Shown here one piece after another: positions 1 through 12,808 of a DNA stretch of 64,000 nucleotides. The position numbers were made by a program, and so were the translations under genes. This stretch comes from Octopus vulgaris. Taxonomy: Eukaryota. The notes under the pieces were generated by a model. The model saw nothing but the letters and a program-made list of their open reading frames with translations, did no database searches and was not told the origin of the DNA. The first letter of the stretch is position 1; every line of letters starts with the position of its first letter. The stretch spans positions 96,224,001-96,288,000 of the forward strand of contig OX597814.1 in the NCBI GenBank assembly GCA_951406725.2, in the 5' to 3' direction.

Positions 1-49
1 TGTCAGGAAGACACTCAGCAAAAAATGGAAATGAAATTGAAAAAAGGCG

Positions 50-63
50 ATAATAATGATAAC

Positions 64-101
<38 letters not shown>

Positions 102-148
102 TAATAATGATGATAATAATGATGATAATAATAATGATAATAATGATG

Positions 149-203
<55 letters not shown>

Positions 204-218
204 TGATAATAATAATAA
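50..218. repeat. (AAT/GAT)n microsatellite
   Basis: Direct reading; similar tracts at 681-800, 1238-1425, 1738-1781 and 3850-3876. Confidence 0.98.
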
Positions 219-680
219 AAGATGGGCTACAGCAAATATTCTGCTCAATACCGCAGATTTGCTTGTCAATTGTTTGACCTTAACCAGTTGACCATGTCCC
301 TTGTTGGCTGACGATATGTGCATTTCTGATCATGAGCAGAAGTAGTGGGGGAGCATCATAGCTGTGTGTTGAAAGGAATTCTTAGAGGTTTGGATAATTC
401 ACCTTTGGAGACATAGGTGGTTGTTCAACATCTTTAAACAATCCTTATTCAGGGACCTTTTGAGCAGGATGGGTTACTCGACCAGAAGAAAATTCTAACT
501 GGGCCCCAACTGCAAGGTCATGTGCTGTTTATCTTGATATGAGATCACCATGTTGCGCACATATGGTTGTGATGCATGTGCCTGGAGTACCCCTATCAGA
601 CAAGTAGTCATGATGGGTATACTGGGCTTCGTATATTTTACCTCAGTGTCACTTTGATGGCATGCACTGCTCTCTCACTC
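219..680 (+). mobile_element. Interspersed repeat ending in an (AAT)n tail (probable non-LTR retroelement 3' end)
   Basis: Flanked by AAT tracts; its 5' ~170 bp recurs inside the MITEs at about 19660-19820 (reverse) and 50690-50855. Confidence 0.55.
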
Positions 681-737
681 AATAATAATAATAACAATAA
701 TAATAATAATAATAATGATAATAATAATAATAATAAC

Positions 738-786
<49 letters not shown>

Positions 787-800
787 GTAATAATAATAAT

Positions 801-1238
801 ATCTTTTCTATTAAAGGCACAAGACCTGAAATTTTGGTGGGAGGGAATAAGTCCATTACATCAACCCTAGTGTTTCACTGATGCTTAATTTTATTGACCT
901 CAAAAGGGACAAAAGCAAAGTTAACCTTCATAGAATTTGAACTCAGAATATCACAATGGATGAAATACCACTAAGCATTTTGCCTGGCATGCTAACGATT
1001 CTGCCAGCTCACCACCTTAATAATGGTTTAAAATTTCAGCACAAGGGTAGCAGTTCTGGGGGAGGGGATGAGTCAATTAAATCGATCCCAGTGTTCAACT
1101 GGTACTTATTTTGTTGACCCCGAAAATATGAAAAGTAAAGCCGACCCCGAGGGAATTTGAACTCAGAACGTAGCAACGGGGGAAATACCACTAAGCATTC
1201 CATCCAGCATGCTGACAATTATGCCAACTCACTGCCTT
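801..1238 (-). mobile_element. Two tandem copies of tRNA-derived SINE family A
   Basis: Reverse complement of the ggcggcgagctggcagaatcgttagc...gagttcaaatt...ttgcctttcatcctttcggggtcgat family seen intact at 27964 and 62323. Confidence 0.8.
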
Positions 1239-1269
1239 AATAATAATAATAATGATAATGATAATAATG

Positions 1270-1373
<104 letters not shown>

Positions 1374-1380
1374 AATAATA

Positions 1381-1425
<45 letters not shown>

Positions 1426-1740
1426 GCAAAAGGGGCTGATTGTTACCTAACTCAGATACCAGGAAACCCCAAAATGGCATAAATTCAAAAGATAGTGCTC
1501 ATGGGAACTGCCCATATCCTACGTAAAATACCTTCTTTGTAATCTCAAGTTTTAAAACAAACATAATTTTCTTATGGTTTTTTTAAACATTCACTAGTAC
1601 AACACTAAGTACAAAACCAAATATATGGCACCCTAGGCATAACACCAGCATGAACTTCCAACTTGTTGTTTCTTGGGGTCTCTGGGTGAGACTTGGATCC
1701 AACTTGTACAAATGTAAAGCAAAAGTTAAACATAGAAATA
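1426..1740 (+). mobile_element. 3' end of an R4/Dong-like (RLE) LINE, second family
   Basis: Encodes ...IQKIVLMGTAHILRKI, the same C-terminal motif as IQKIALLGTAHILRRTL in the element at 52021-54760; ends in (AAT)n. Confidence 0.75.
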
Positions 1741-1785
1741 ATAATAATAATAATAATCATAATAATAATGATAATAATAATGAAA

Positions 1786-3852
1786 AGGAACACATGAAAA
1801 ACTGGCTGAGAAATTTAATGACATACTAGCAGAGCCAGAGACCATGCCTGAATGGTTCACAGAAGGGAAAATTATCCTAATTCCCAAATCCACTGAAACA
1901 GCAAACCCACAAAATTACAGACCAATAACTTGTCTCCCTACAATTTACAAAGCCTTTGCTGCAATAATATTGCAGAAAATGAGCAAACACCTTGAAGAAA
2001 ACAACCTATTTCCAGAAGAGCAGAAGGGATGCTGCAAGGGCTCATACAGCTGTAAAGATCAACTAATGATCAATAAAGCCATAATTGAAGACAGCCACAG
2101 AAAGAAGGGTCTAAGTATGGCCTGGATCGATTATTGGAAGGCTTTTGATAGTATTCCAAACACATAGATCCTAGAAACACTAGCCATGCACAAGGTAGCA
2201 CCAATAATCATAAAATGTATGACACATTCCATGAATAAATGACAAACAGTACTACAGCTCCACACAAAAGAGGGACTCATAAAAACCAAAAGCCATCCCC
2301 ATTAGAAGAGGAATATTCCAGAGAGACGGATTTACCAAAGAAATAAACATGAAATTTGGCTTAGAAAAATGTGCCAAAGCAACCTTGAAAAGAGGAAAAC
2401 TAGTAAAGTGTAGCAACATCACACTAGATAAAGCAAATGAAATAAGAGAATTAGACTAAAGCCAGACATAAAAACTAGATACGATACAACATATACAAAT
2501 GAAAGAAAATAAAAAAAAGAATACTATAGATGTCTTAGATTAATACTGAAAACAGAGCTCAATGCAAAAAATAAGATAATAGGTATCAACACACTAGCCT
2601 TCCCAGTTATAGCTACAATATCCTTAACTGGACACTAAATGAACTAATCAAAATAGACAGGAAAACAAGAAAAATAATGACAGGATTTTGGATGTGCCAC
2701 CCAAAATCTGACATAGAAAGGTTATATACCCAACAATTTTCTAGATGGTGGTCGAGGCCTTATACAGTCAGAAAACTATTACAAAATAAATGCCATAGGA
2801 CTACAAAAATACCTACTTCAGAAGCAAGGAAAACTAATACAAATAGCCACAAAACATGAACAAAAAAATAACTGTTTTCAGTCTTTAAGGAAACTGACAA
2901 ATACAAACAAAAAGTCATACTACCTAACAAGTGTGAAGAAAAAGAAGAAACAACAAAAGCTTTAAAACAAATGAAATCCAAACTAAAACTGGAACAGCAA
3001 TGGATCATGATAAAACGATGACAAGAAAAGCCCCTTCATGGCAAATACTTGGTTAAATTAAATGCAAAAGGAGTAGACAAAGCAAAATTTCAACAATGGC
3101 TGAGAAGCTCAGGACTCAAAGCAGAGACTGAAGGATTTTTAATTGCAGCACAAGACCAAAGCCTCCCTACCAGAAATTACCAAAAACATATAATGAAAAG
3201 AAACATAACAAGTAACTGCAGAATATGTGGAGATTGACAAGAAACAATAAATCATATTGTCTCTGGCTTCCCAGTCCTGGCTAAGAAGGAATAAATTCAC
3301 AGACAAGACAGATTTGGGACCTATATACACTGGCAACTATGCCAACACTATGGAATAACAACAGAAAAAAGATGGTATAGGCATATGCCAGAAAAGATCA
3401 CAGAAAATGAGAAAGCAACATACTATGGGATATACCAATACACATAGATAGAGAAATTAATAATTGTCAGAGATCATCAAGAAAAATATTCTTTCTAATA
3501 GATGTATCAATACCAACAGATGACGTTTCTCTAAAAGAAATGGAGAAACTTTCAAAATACAAAAACCTGGAAATAGAGGTCACTTGAATGTGGAATCTAA
3601 AAACAAAAACAATTCCTATCATAATAGGCACATTAGGTATGATAAAAAAATATTCACACAAAAACACTAGGACTAACAAATATATATAACATACAGAAAA
3701 TAACACTTCTAGGCACTGCATAATCCTACGTAAAACATTTTCAATACAGTGAAAATAAGAGCATCTCAACAAACTACGGCACATACTCAAGGCACACAGA
3801 GCTGTGCTTGGTTGTGCAGTGAAAGCACGTTATAAAAATAAGACTACTGAAT
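1786..3852 (+). mobile_element. 5'-truncated, decayed R4/Dong-like non-LTR retrotransposon
   Basis: RT motifs NYRPITCLPTIYK and WIDYWKAFDSIP, AAQDQSLPTRNY, CRICG knuckle and RLE region, many stops. Colinear with 52021-54760 and bounded by AAT tracts. Confidence 0.93.
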
Positions 3853-4040
3853 GATAATAATAATAATAATAATGATAAAAGCAACAACAACAATGCACAA
3901 GCTTATCATTCAATGATTTTTGCAAGAACACCTTGCAGAATCTTTCCCATTTAAATGGGAGGTAAATTTATTGATAGGATGCATGTTGAGCACCATTACC
4001 AGTATTTAATATTACTATTAATTTCTTTTCTTTTTTCCAG

Positions 4041-4141
4041 CTATCAATGGAAGCATTTCAGAATATCAAAACTGTATTGTCATTGTCTATTGAAATGAAG
4101 ATATATGAGAAATTCCATGAGAAAATACTTCTTCCCTATAA
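4041..4141 (+). CDS. ABCB1: ABCB1/P-glycoprotein-like transporter, internal coding exon (intracellular loop of TMD2)
   Basis: Polypyrimidine ttttccag acceptor and gtgagt donor. Translates LSMEAFQNIKTVLSLSIEMKIYEKFHEKILLPY(K), matching P-gp [25 protein letters not shown]. 101 bp; phase joins the next exon. Symbol is family-level, orthology not tested. Confidence 0.92.
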
Positions 4142-4262
4142 GTGAGTAATTTTCTTACATTTTGTTCCTTTTAGCTTATTTTTGTTCTTAGTATATTGAG
4201 GATTATTGTTATTCTTTAATTGATAGCAACTCAATTAGCACATATTGGAATTGTTTATTTTG

Positions 4263-4303
4263 GAATATTGATGAAGCAGAGTGACTTGAAAGATGGTCGG
4301 TTC
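4263..4303 (+). ncRNA. Possible degenerate type I hammerhead ribozyme relic
   Basis: TTGATGA(4268-74)...GAAA(4288-91) gatgg TC ggttc; core C3U and weak stems I and II. Confidence 0.3.
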
Positions 4304-4403
4304 ATTTAATCTAACTTAAACAGAGCATTTACCACGAATTCCTCAGCATTTTGTCTTACTCATACTGAGTGACATTATTATTTTTATTATTATGTTTTGT
4401 TAT

Positions 4404-4625
4404 AAGCTGGTGAGCTGGCAGAACTATTGGCATACTGGACAAAATGCTCAGGGGAATTTTCGTCCATCTTTACGTTCTGAGTTCAAATGCTGCTGAGGTC
4501 AACTTTGTCCTTCTGCTTTTCATTTGGAAATAAGTTCCAGATGAGCACTGGGGGAGGGGGAGGTCGATGTAATCAATTTGTTCAATCCCCAAAGCCTTAG
4601 ACCTTGTGCCTATAAATAGAAAGAA
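4404..4625 (+). mobile_element. SINE family A, diverged copy
   Basis: gagctggcagaact...ttctgagttcaaat...gaggtcaactttg; similar copies at about 16893-17100, 27550-27745, 32830-33040 (minus) and 61020-61240. Confidence 0.75.
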
Positions 4626-4965
4626 TTGTTTGGTTTCAGTGATTGGTCTGTCACCATACTGAAGAAATCACATTCAAAGATTTTGGTCGATTGTACCATC
4701 TGGCACATCATTGTTGTTGTAAATGTAAAGAAATCATTAGTGTTAAAAAAGATAACTCAGACGTATATTACATCACTGGGTATATCTACTTGAATGCACT
4801 AGTTCCCACCCCATGCTTATATATATACTTTTTATTATTATTTTGCAATTTACTTAATCATCGGTATGTTATTGTTATTTCATTTTTAATATTTCTATTA
4901 TATGTAATTTTCTAGATGGTGTAATTTTATTGTTCATTTTGAATTGATAAAAGATGTTTTTTCTA

Positions 4966-4998
<33 letters not shown>

Positions 4999-4999
<1 letters not shown>

Positions 5000-5922
5000 C
5001 CCTGAAGACACTAAGCACCTGCAATGTGAGCTGGACAAAATATACAAGTGGGTTGAAAAGAATAGCATGCACTTCAATGCTGAAAAGTTTCAAGCTTTAT
5101 GCTATCAGCATGCAAAATTAAATGCAATACCCAATAAATACACGGGACCTGGAGGGATTGCAATCCCAGAGGCACAATCAGTGCAAGACCTGGGTATTTA
5201 CATGAGTGATGATGCAACCTTTCATGTGCATGTTGCTAAATTGGCAACGAAATGTAGGCAGCTGACCGGATGGATTCTTAGAACCTTTAGAACAAGAGAC
5301 CAGGAAACCATGTGCTCTCAGCTATGGTCACCATCCAGTATCAAGTTAATCACAGAACTTGAGGCGATCCAACGAAGCTACACGAAGCCTCTGTGCAGCA
5401 TATAAGCTACTGGAAAAGACTCAAGAGATTAAGACTCTATTCCTTAGAGCATAGGCGAGAAAGATATGCCATAATATACATCTGGAAGATCCTAGAGGGA
5501 CTTGTCCTAAACTTTGGCATCGAGAGTTACACAAATGCTAGAACTGGGCACCACTGCATAGTGCCAAGGACTCCAAATTTGCCATCAAGATGTAGGACAA
5601 GATACTGTGACAGCCTGGGCTTCAGAGGCCCATAGCTCTTCAATATCCTCCCAAAGAACCTGAGAGACCTGCATGGGGTGGATGCAGATGTCTTTAAAAT
5701 AAAACTGGATCTCTTCCTGTCAGGTGTCCCAGATGATCCAACTTCATGGCAGGAGGTGCAGATGAGGGCAGCTGCGTCGAACTCTCTCATGCATCAAATG
5801 GCAATTGCTAAAAAGCATTCGTAAAGTAAAATTATGTAGCAACACCAAATGGTGGTGCCCCAGCATGGCCACAGCTCGTGAGCTGAAACTAGATAAAATA
5901 AAATAAATAAAATAAAATAAAA
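4999..5922 (+). mobile_element. 5'-truncated CR1-group LINE 3' fragment
   Basis: LQCELDKIYKWVEKNSMHFNAEKFQ, DLGIYMSDD and RLRLYSLEHRRERYAIIYIWKIL; (TAAAA)n tail; flanked by a long direct repeat. Confidence 0.88.
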
Positions 5923-5998
5923 ATATATATATATATGTAATTTTCTAGATGGTGTAATTTTATTGTTCATTTTGAATTGATAAAAGATGGTTTTTCTA

Positions 5999-6029
<31 letters not shown>

Positions 6030-7430
6030 AATTCATACTAGAATATAAGGATAAAATCACGTTAATGATTTTTCCAAGTATGGCTCTGAGCTGGGTATAA
6101 AAGATAGTTTTATCTTCATCACAGCTAATCAAAGTAGGTGCAAAGGCACTTATTAGAGTAGCAAACGACCTACCTTTCAAGTGCAATCGTAGAGTCATTA
6201 GAGTCATTCTCTTCCAACTTCTTAAGGATATCAGATTGAACTGCAAAGCCAACACCAGCCTCTCTGCATTCCCCCTTCTGCCTTCCATTCCACAAAACGG
6301 TGTATCCACCTCCTACTTCCTCAAGCTGACCATCTCTGAGAGTGCAACTATATCAATGTTATATATCGGTTCAGCTCGTGAGCAACAAGTACAGTGCGTC
6401 TTTCAGTCCTACAATCACTCTTGTTATCCAACAGAGTGCACACATTCCAATATGAAATGTTTAAGTTCCATCCAGACTTAGTAAATAAAAGTCTCTTTGT
6501 TTTTCAAGCGCAGGATAGACATCTGTCAGTTGCACTAAACTGACCCGATATAGAAAGACAGGCAATTTTTGGTTCACCTTTTCTAGAACTTCCCCAGCCT
6601 CTGGGTGAGCAGTGCCCTCTCCAAACGGAGCTGCTCAGACACCCATGCAGCAACCGAATCCTACCGCTGTCTTGGGCAGCAAGGAGACAACTTTATATCT
6701 AGCATAGGTCGCCTACATGCAGGTTGTTGACTACATGCTCCCAGTCCATTAGGTCTGCATGCCTTACCACCTTCCCATCGCCACAGGACTTCTGAATAAA
6801 AAATAAAATAAAAATATACTAAAAATATATAAATATATACTGAAAATAAAATAAATATATATAGGAAAAAAAAAGCTGCCCATATTGAGCAGAGGTCAGC
6901 AATGCCTGTGTAGAGTTTTAGGTCCAATAAGGCTTGCACGACACCACATAGACCCCTCCACCTTATTGACATTATCCAGAGACAAGCCAGAGCAAGATGT
7001 CTGGTGCCAATATGAGTCACAGGCTCAGATATGTGGGAGCACCGTGATCTCTAGCACAAACCAAAGATCCCCAAAATGTCTAATGCCATTCCCTGCACAT
7101 CTGGTTTTTATATCAGAGTGACCGTCTCCTAGAGACATGCTTTAACAAGCTGAGGGGTGCCTCACTCCCAGTGGTCTTTCAGCATGCCAGACACCATCCT
7201 GGAATTTCTGCGTACCCATGCTATTGCTGATAGCTGTGGAGCCCGTACTAGGTTCATCCGACCTTTCCACAGGTCTTGTTTTTAATCCTGCTGGGTTTCT
7301 AGCAACCCTCCCCACCAGGATAGCCTGGTGGGGCTGCCAGATTAGTCACCAGCAACCCGACCATGCAACAGGTTGTACTGGATTATATGTTACCAGTAGC
7401 ACTTATGAGAGCCTTGTAAGTGATCTGACA
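6030..7430 (-). mobile_element. Decayed RTE-like LINE 5' region (UTR plus APE endonuclease)
   Basis: Minus-strand ISYWNVCTLLDNK near 6450 and ATLISAFAPTLISCDEDKTIFYTQL, typical APE endonuclease motifs; the 5' boundary is approximate. Confidence 0.65.
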
Positions 7431-7603
7431 TAAATACATACAATACATACATACATCCATCCATCCATCCATCCATCCATACATCCATCCACACATCCAT
7501 CCATCCATACATACATACATACATACATACATACATACATACCCTGTTGATGTTGTTGAAATTCCAATGTTTCAGGTACATGCTTCTGTCAATGTCTTTT
7601 CAG

Positions 7604-7744
7604 GAATAATATAAAAGGAGCATTTAAAGTTGGAATAGCTTTTTCCTTCTCACAGTCAGTTGTGTTTTTGTGTTATGCTGCTGTTTTCTATGTTGGAGCT
7701 TTATTAATTACAAAATGTGAAATGGACTTTGTGGATCTATTGAA
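7604..7744 (+). CDS. ABCB1: ABCB1-like exon (TM11 region)
   Basis: ttttcag acceptor, gtaagc donor. NNIKGAFKVGIAFSFSQSVVFLCYAAVFYVGALLITKCEMDFVDLL resembles P-gp [26 protein letters not shown]. 141 bp. Confidence 0.92.
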
Positions 7745-8020
7745 GTAAGCAAGAAACATTTTGTTTATTTCTTAGTAATAAAAATTGCTACGATTTATAT
7801 TGTATGTACATATGCATGCATACATGTATATATTTGTGTATGTACGTATGTATCTATGTATGTGTGTATGTATGTAGGTGTGTTTGTGTATGTATGTATA
7901 TATGTGTGTATGTATGTATATTTTTATCCTTGATCTTTTACTCCTTTCAGTCATTGGACTGCAGCCATGATGGGGCCCTGGCTTGAAAGGTTTACTCAAA
8001 CAAGCTGATCCCAGCAGTTA

Positions 8021-8915
8021 TACGAGGTCTGATCAATAAGTATCTGGACTGTTGCCATAGTAACAAAGTAAAAGCATGCAGAGTGAAGTCACATGGCAAA
8101 GATTGACCTTGAGCTCTCCTGTGCATGTGCATTAAGTTTTAATGTTCTAGCTCACTTCCGCTGTTTACTGCCATGCTTGGAAGGGAAATGTGTAGTGTGT
8201 GATTGTTGCATTGACCATGACAGAGAAAGTTGTCATAGCAATACCTGCTCAGAGGCCCACACAAAGTTGTAGAAAGTGTATGGAGAGGAGTGTATGAGCC
8301 GCACACAAGTGTATGAGTGGTTCAGATGTTTCCAAGATGGTTAAAGAAATGTCGATATTGATTAATGTTCTGGGGGACCTGCAACCAGCAGAACTGAGAA
8401 AAACATCACTGATGTGCATGCAGCTGTGAGGGGAAATTGTTGAATCACCACCCATGAGCTATCAGAGGATGTGCAGATTAGTTATGGTTCAGTTCAGTCC
8501 ATTATCACTGAAGATTTGGGTATGAGTCTGCCAAGTTTGTGCCAAAACTACTTTCAGTTGACCAAAAAGATACTGGGGTTTCAGTAGCACAAGATCTCTT
8601 TGATTGTGTCAAGAATGATGAAAACTTTTTGAAAACTTTGCATAGGCCTCTGAGCAGGTATCGCTAAGCTTTTGGCAAAATTTGATGCAGATTCTCTGCT
8701 CAACTTTCTCTATCATGGCCAGTATGATGATCACATGCTACACACCTTCCTTCCCAGCATTGATGTAAACAGGAGAAGTGAACTAGAGCGTTAAAACTTA
8801 GTGTGCCGGCACAGCAGAGTCAATCTGTGCTAATCTGTGCCAAGCAGCTTCACTCTGCATGCTTTAGCTTCGTTATTATGGTAACACTCTGGGTACTTAT
8901 TGATCAAACCAAGTA
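8021..8915 (+). mobile_element. Internally deleted mariner element with long TIRs, nested in a SINE B fragment
   Basis: TA-cgaggtctgatcaataagta...tacttattgatcaaaccaag-TA; imperfect TIRs of about 180 bp; internal ECMSRTQVYEWFRCFQDG mariner HTH. SINE sequence at about 7935-8020 resumes after 8916. Confidence 0.85.
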
Positions 8916-9299
8916 TATATTTTTATAAACGTTGTACTTATTTTATCGCTCTCTTTCACCAAACTGCTAAGTTACAAGGACATGAATAAACCCACATCAG
9001 TTGTCAAGCAGTGGTGGAGTACAAGCACATACACAGACACACACACATACACATACAGATATATGCATATATATAGAGAGATACAATTATGTGAATAAAC
9101 AAATGAAACTGCACAGGTTTGATATACAAAATATATATACATGTAAATAAAGGGAAAGCACAGACTTATTGAAATTTCTAGTTATTTCTAAGAGTTTATT
9201 TATAATTGTATGATACAGTACCTTCTTTTCTTTTATTGTCAACAGAACTCATTTAGTTTCTTGATTGTCAATCTGTATTTTCTTTCCACAATTTTTCAG

Positions 9300-9456
9300 A
9301 GTATTTGGAGCCATTGTCTTTGGAGCCTTTGCACTTGGACAGGTTGGTGCCGTGGCACCAGATTTTGCTAAGGTCAAAACTTCATCAGCTAGAATAATGG
9401 ATCTACTTGATCGTGTTCCTGCAATTGATAGCTATTCACAAACTGGAAAGATATGC
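9300..9456 (+). CDS. ABCB1: ABCB1-like exon (TM12 and linker)
   Basis: tttttcag acceptor, gtgagt donor. VFGAIVFGAFALGQVGAVAPDFAKVKTSSARIMDLLDRVPAIDSYSQTGKIC. 157 bp. Confidence 0.95.
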
Positions 9457-9585
9457 GTGAGTGTTACTTTATAGTAATTTATAGTAATTTACAATCTACT
9501 GCATTTGGAAATAAATATTGCTTCCGGTCTACACAAGAACAAGAACAAGAGAGAGGGAGACAGAGAAATAAAAAAAACCTGTGGT

Positions 9586-9847
9586 ACTCTTTTACTCTTT
9601 TACTTGTTTCAGTCATTTGACTGCGGCCATGCTGGAGCACGACCTTTAGTTGAGAAAATCAACCCCAGGACTTATTCTTTGTAAGCCTAGTACTTATTCT
9701 ATCGGTCTCTTTTGCTGAACTGCTAAGTTATGGGGATGTAAACACACCAGCATCAGTTGTCAAGCGATGTTGCAGGGATGAACACAGACAGACAAACATA
9801 TACACACACACACACACACACATATATATACACACACACACACGCAC

Positions 9848-9880
<33 letters not shown>

Positions 9881-10037
9881 TACGATGGGCTTCTTTTAGT
9901 TTCTGTCTACCAAATCCACCCACAAGGCTTTGGTTAGCCCGAGGCTATAGTAGAAGACACTTGCCCAAGATGCCACGCAGTAGGACTGAACCCGGAACCA
10001 TGTGGTTGGTAAGCAAGCTACTTACCACACAGCCACT
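9586..10037 (-). mobile_element. tRNA/CORE-type SINE family B with internal (CA/TA) microsatellite
   Basis: Minus strand: gtggctgtgtggtaagtagcttgc...ggttcagtcc...cttgggcaagtgtcttc...ccagcatggccgcagtcaaatgactgaaacaagtaaaagagta; TSD cctgtggt at 9578-85 and 10038-45. Confidence 0.88.
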
Positions 10038-10439
10038 CCTGTGGTGTTCATTTATTTTCCAAGGGCCTCAACATAATTTTGGATGTTCATATTATTTTGT
10101 GATTGTATGATGCATTTGTGCGAACTGCCTTGCTTCACGGTAGTGAAACATGGGCTGTGACTGCGGAGGACATGTGTTGTGGTCATATTGGGGCATCACT
10201 TCCATGAGTTTTAGCTGATAATATCTGTTCCATTATTTTGTCAGTTAAGTTGTCAGATTTGAAGTGTGTTTGATAAGTGCCATGTTCGAAGCTCTTGGCT
10301 CTAGAGTCATTTTGTAACTTCTTCCAATTAAATTGTGTGTATAATATATATATATAATAGAATAAGAGAAATAGAAAGTCTTTGGTAGAGTGTTATATGT
10401 TTGAAAAACTATATATATATACATACCCTTTGCCTTTTA

Positions 10440-10920
10440 TAGTTGCTAGAATAAGAATAGGCAGGGCAAAGTTCAGAGAGCTCCTACCTCTGCTGATAGC
10501 AAGGGGCCTCTCTCTCTTGGTGTGAAAGGCAGATTGTGTGTAAACAGCCATGCTACACAGCAGTGAAACATGGGCTGTGACTGCTGAGAACATGTGTAGG
10601 CTTGTAAAAAATGAAGCTAGTATGCTTTGCTGGATGTGTAATATCAGTGTGCCTGCACAACAGAGTGTTCGTATCCTGAGAGAAAAGTTGGGCATAACAA
10701 GTATTACATGTGGAGTGCAAGAGAGATGACTCTGCTAGCATGGTCATGTAATGCATATGAACGAGGACAGCAGTGTGAAAAAGTGCTGCACTCTAACTGT
10801 GGAGGGATGACATGGGATGAAGCATGATCTTTGAATGTTGGGCCTCATGGAGGCAATGACACGTGACTGAGAACTTTGGTGATATGCCATGCTTGAGAAG
10901 ACTCGCTAAGCCAAGTGAGA
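10440..10920 (+). mobile_element. RTE LINE ORF C-terminal fragment
   Basis: ARIRIGRAKFRELLPLL...MLHSSETWAVT...LREKLGI...HGHVMHM, the RTE-type post-RT region, with stops. Confidence 0.8.
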
Positions 10921-11110
10921 TTGTATTGGGTTGTCTGGAAAGTTTGTGCCGATTTATAGTAAGCTTACCTTTCGACTTATTTTAGAACATGGTTGAGTCC
11001 ATAAAATAGGATTTGACTACACCTCTATTTAGAGCACAGTTTAAGCTATCTTTTCGTTGAAGAAGGTATATATTGATTACTGTTGTTAGGAGATCCTGTG
11101 TAAACTTGTT

Positions 11111-11432
11111 GGGGCATGGCTCAGTGGTTAGAGCATCAGGCTCACAATCATGAGTTTGATTCTTGGACCAGGTTGTGCGTTGTGGTCTTGAGCAAGACGC
11201 TTTATTTCACATCACTCCAGTTTACTCAGCTGTTGAAATGAGTTGTGATGTCACTGGTGCCAAGCTGTATCAGTCTTTGCTTTCCCCTTGGATAACATCA
11301 ATGGTGTGAAGAGGGGAGGCTGGTATGCATGGGTGACTGCTGGTCTTCCATAAACAACCTTGGTTAGAGTTGTGTTTTGGAGGGTAACTTTCTAAGTGCA
11401 ATCTCATGGTCAGTCGTGACTGAAGGGGGACA
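11111..11432 (+). mobile_element. tRNA/CORE-type SINE
   Basis: A-box tggctcagtggttagagc, degenerate B-box, CORE-like gttgtggtcttgagcaagacgcttta. Confidence 0.7.
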
Positions 11433-12610
11433 AATACATAAATATGCACATGCTTATACATGTATACACACATATATCCATATATTATTTACATATGCAC
11501 ATACAGAACTGGAAATAAGTTTTTCTGAAGTGTTTGTTATTACAGTGTATTGCATGTTGTTTTTTTTGTATTATATCTTACAATGTATGCTTTTTTTAGT
11601 GGGGGCACAAACTTGTTTTGCTGTCAACTAAAGATTTTAATTTGAGTTTTGTTTAGTTATATAATTTACTGTGATGCAACATCTCTTTGCTGTAGATACA
11701 TAGTTAGCAGTCAAGAATATATAGTACTTGTATGACCAATAATAACATCATAACATTTGCAGTTTTTATATCTGAATATGGTTTGATTTTTATTGCCATT
11801 AAACCTCATATCAGCTCTTAAAGGTATTCCTGTAGGGATCATCTCATCTTTTTCCCACACATAGTGTGGCTATGACCACACTATCTAATAAAAATGAATT
11901 GATGAGATTTGGTTGCTGTTTTTTTAACAAATCCATACATGGTTCCTGTAAATTTCATTGACCATTTGAAGTTTATTCATCATTCATTGCTGATAAGGCA
12001 ACATTAAGTTTCTTTGCTTTTACAATATCTTATTAATGCTAGCTTACATACCTGTATCAACATGTAATAACAGAGCAGAATATCAAGGCCACTGATACAA
12101 ACCAAACTAATATTGATTGGTTGACAAATGATAAAATATTAATGATTTTAGCTTGTCAGTGGGTCATCAGCTGATCCTTATATTGACTAACAACTTTTAA
12201 TCATAAAATATATATAACATACACAACTGTCCATGTATACAGTATGTGTTATATAAACATCATATTAGTAGAATGGTAGTCAATAAACACTGGGAAATGA
12301 GACTTTAGAGATTTTGCAAGTAAATATTAATGATTTTTTTTTGTTTTGTTTTAATGAATTGTTAGATATTGGCCAATTAAATTAATTCAGAAACTTTAGA
12401 AAATATCTTATGGATATTTTCAAAATTTTTTAAACAAAAATAGATTATAACTAAGGTGGGGAGACACTATGTTTAATATTATTGTGTTTTTGATACTTTT
12501 GGAAATACATTTCTTCCTGATGTATATAAAGTAATATGATACATGTATATATATGTATGTGTGCATGTGCCTGTATGTGATTATATTTTGTTTTCTATTT
12601 TTTTTTAAAG

Positions 12611-12808
12611 GAAACATTTGAAAGTAAAATTCAGTTTAAAGACGTTGAGTTTGAGTATCCAAACCGTGCAAATGTAAAAGTTCTCCAGGGTTTGAGCTTA
12701 GAAATCAACCAAGGGGAAACAGTGGCTCTTGTTGGAAAGAGTGGCTGTGGCAAAAGTACATGTATGCAGTTAATTGAAAAGTTTTACAATCCAAGTAAAG
12801 GTGAAGTG
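12611..12808 (+). CDS. ABCB1: ABCB1-like exon (NBD2 A-loop and Walker A)
   Basis: ttttaaag acceptor, gtatgt donor. [66 protein letters not shown]. 198 bp. Confidence 0.96.

Noticed and set aside
7571-7603. Alternative acceptor ttcag at 7575
   Set aside because: Using it adds 28 nt and breaks the frame; 7604 gives the conserved exon.
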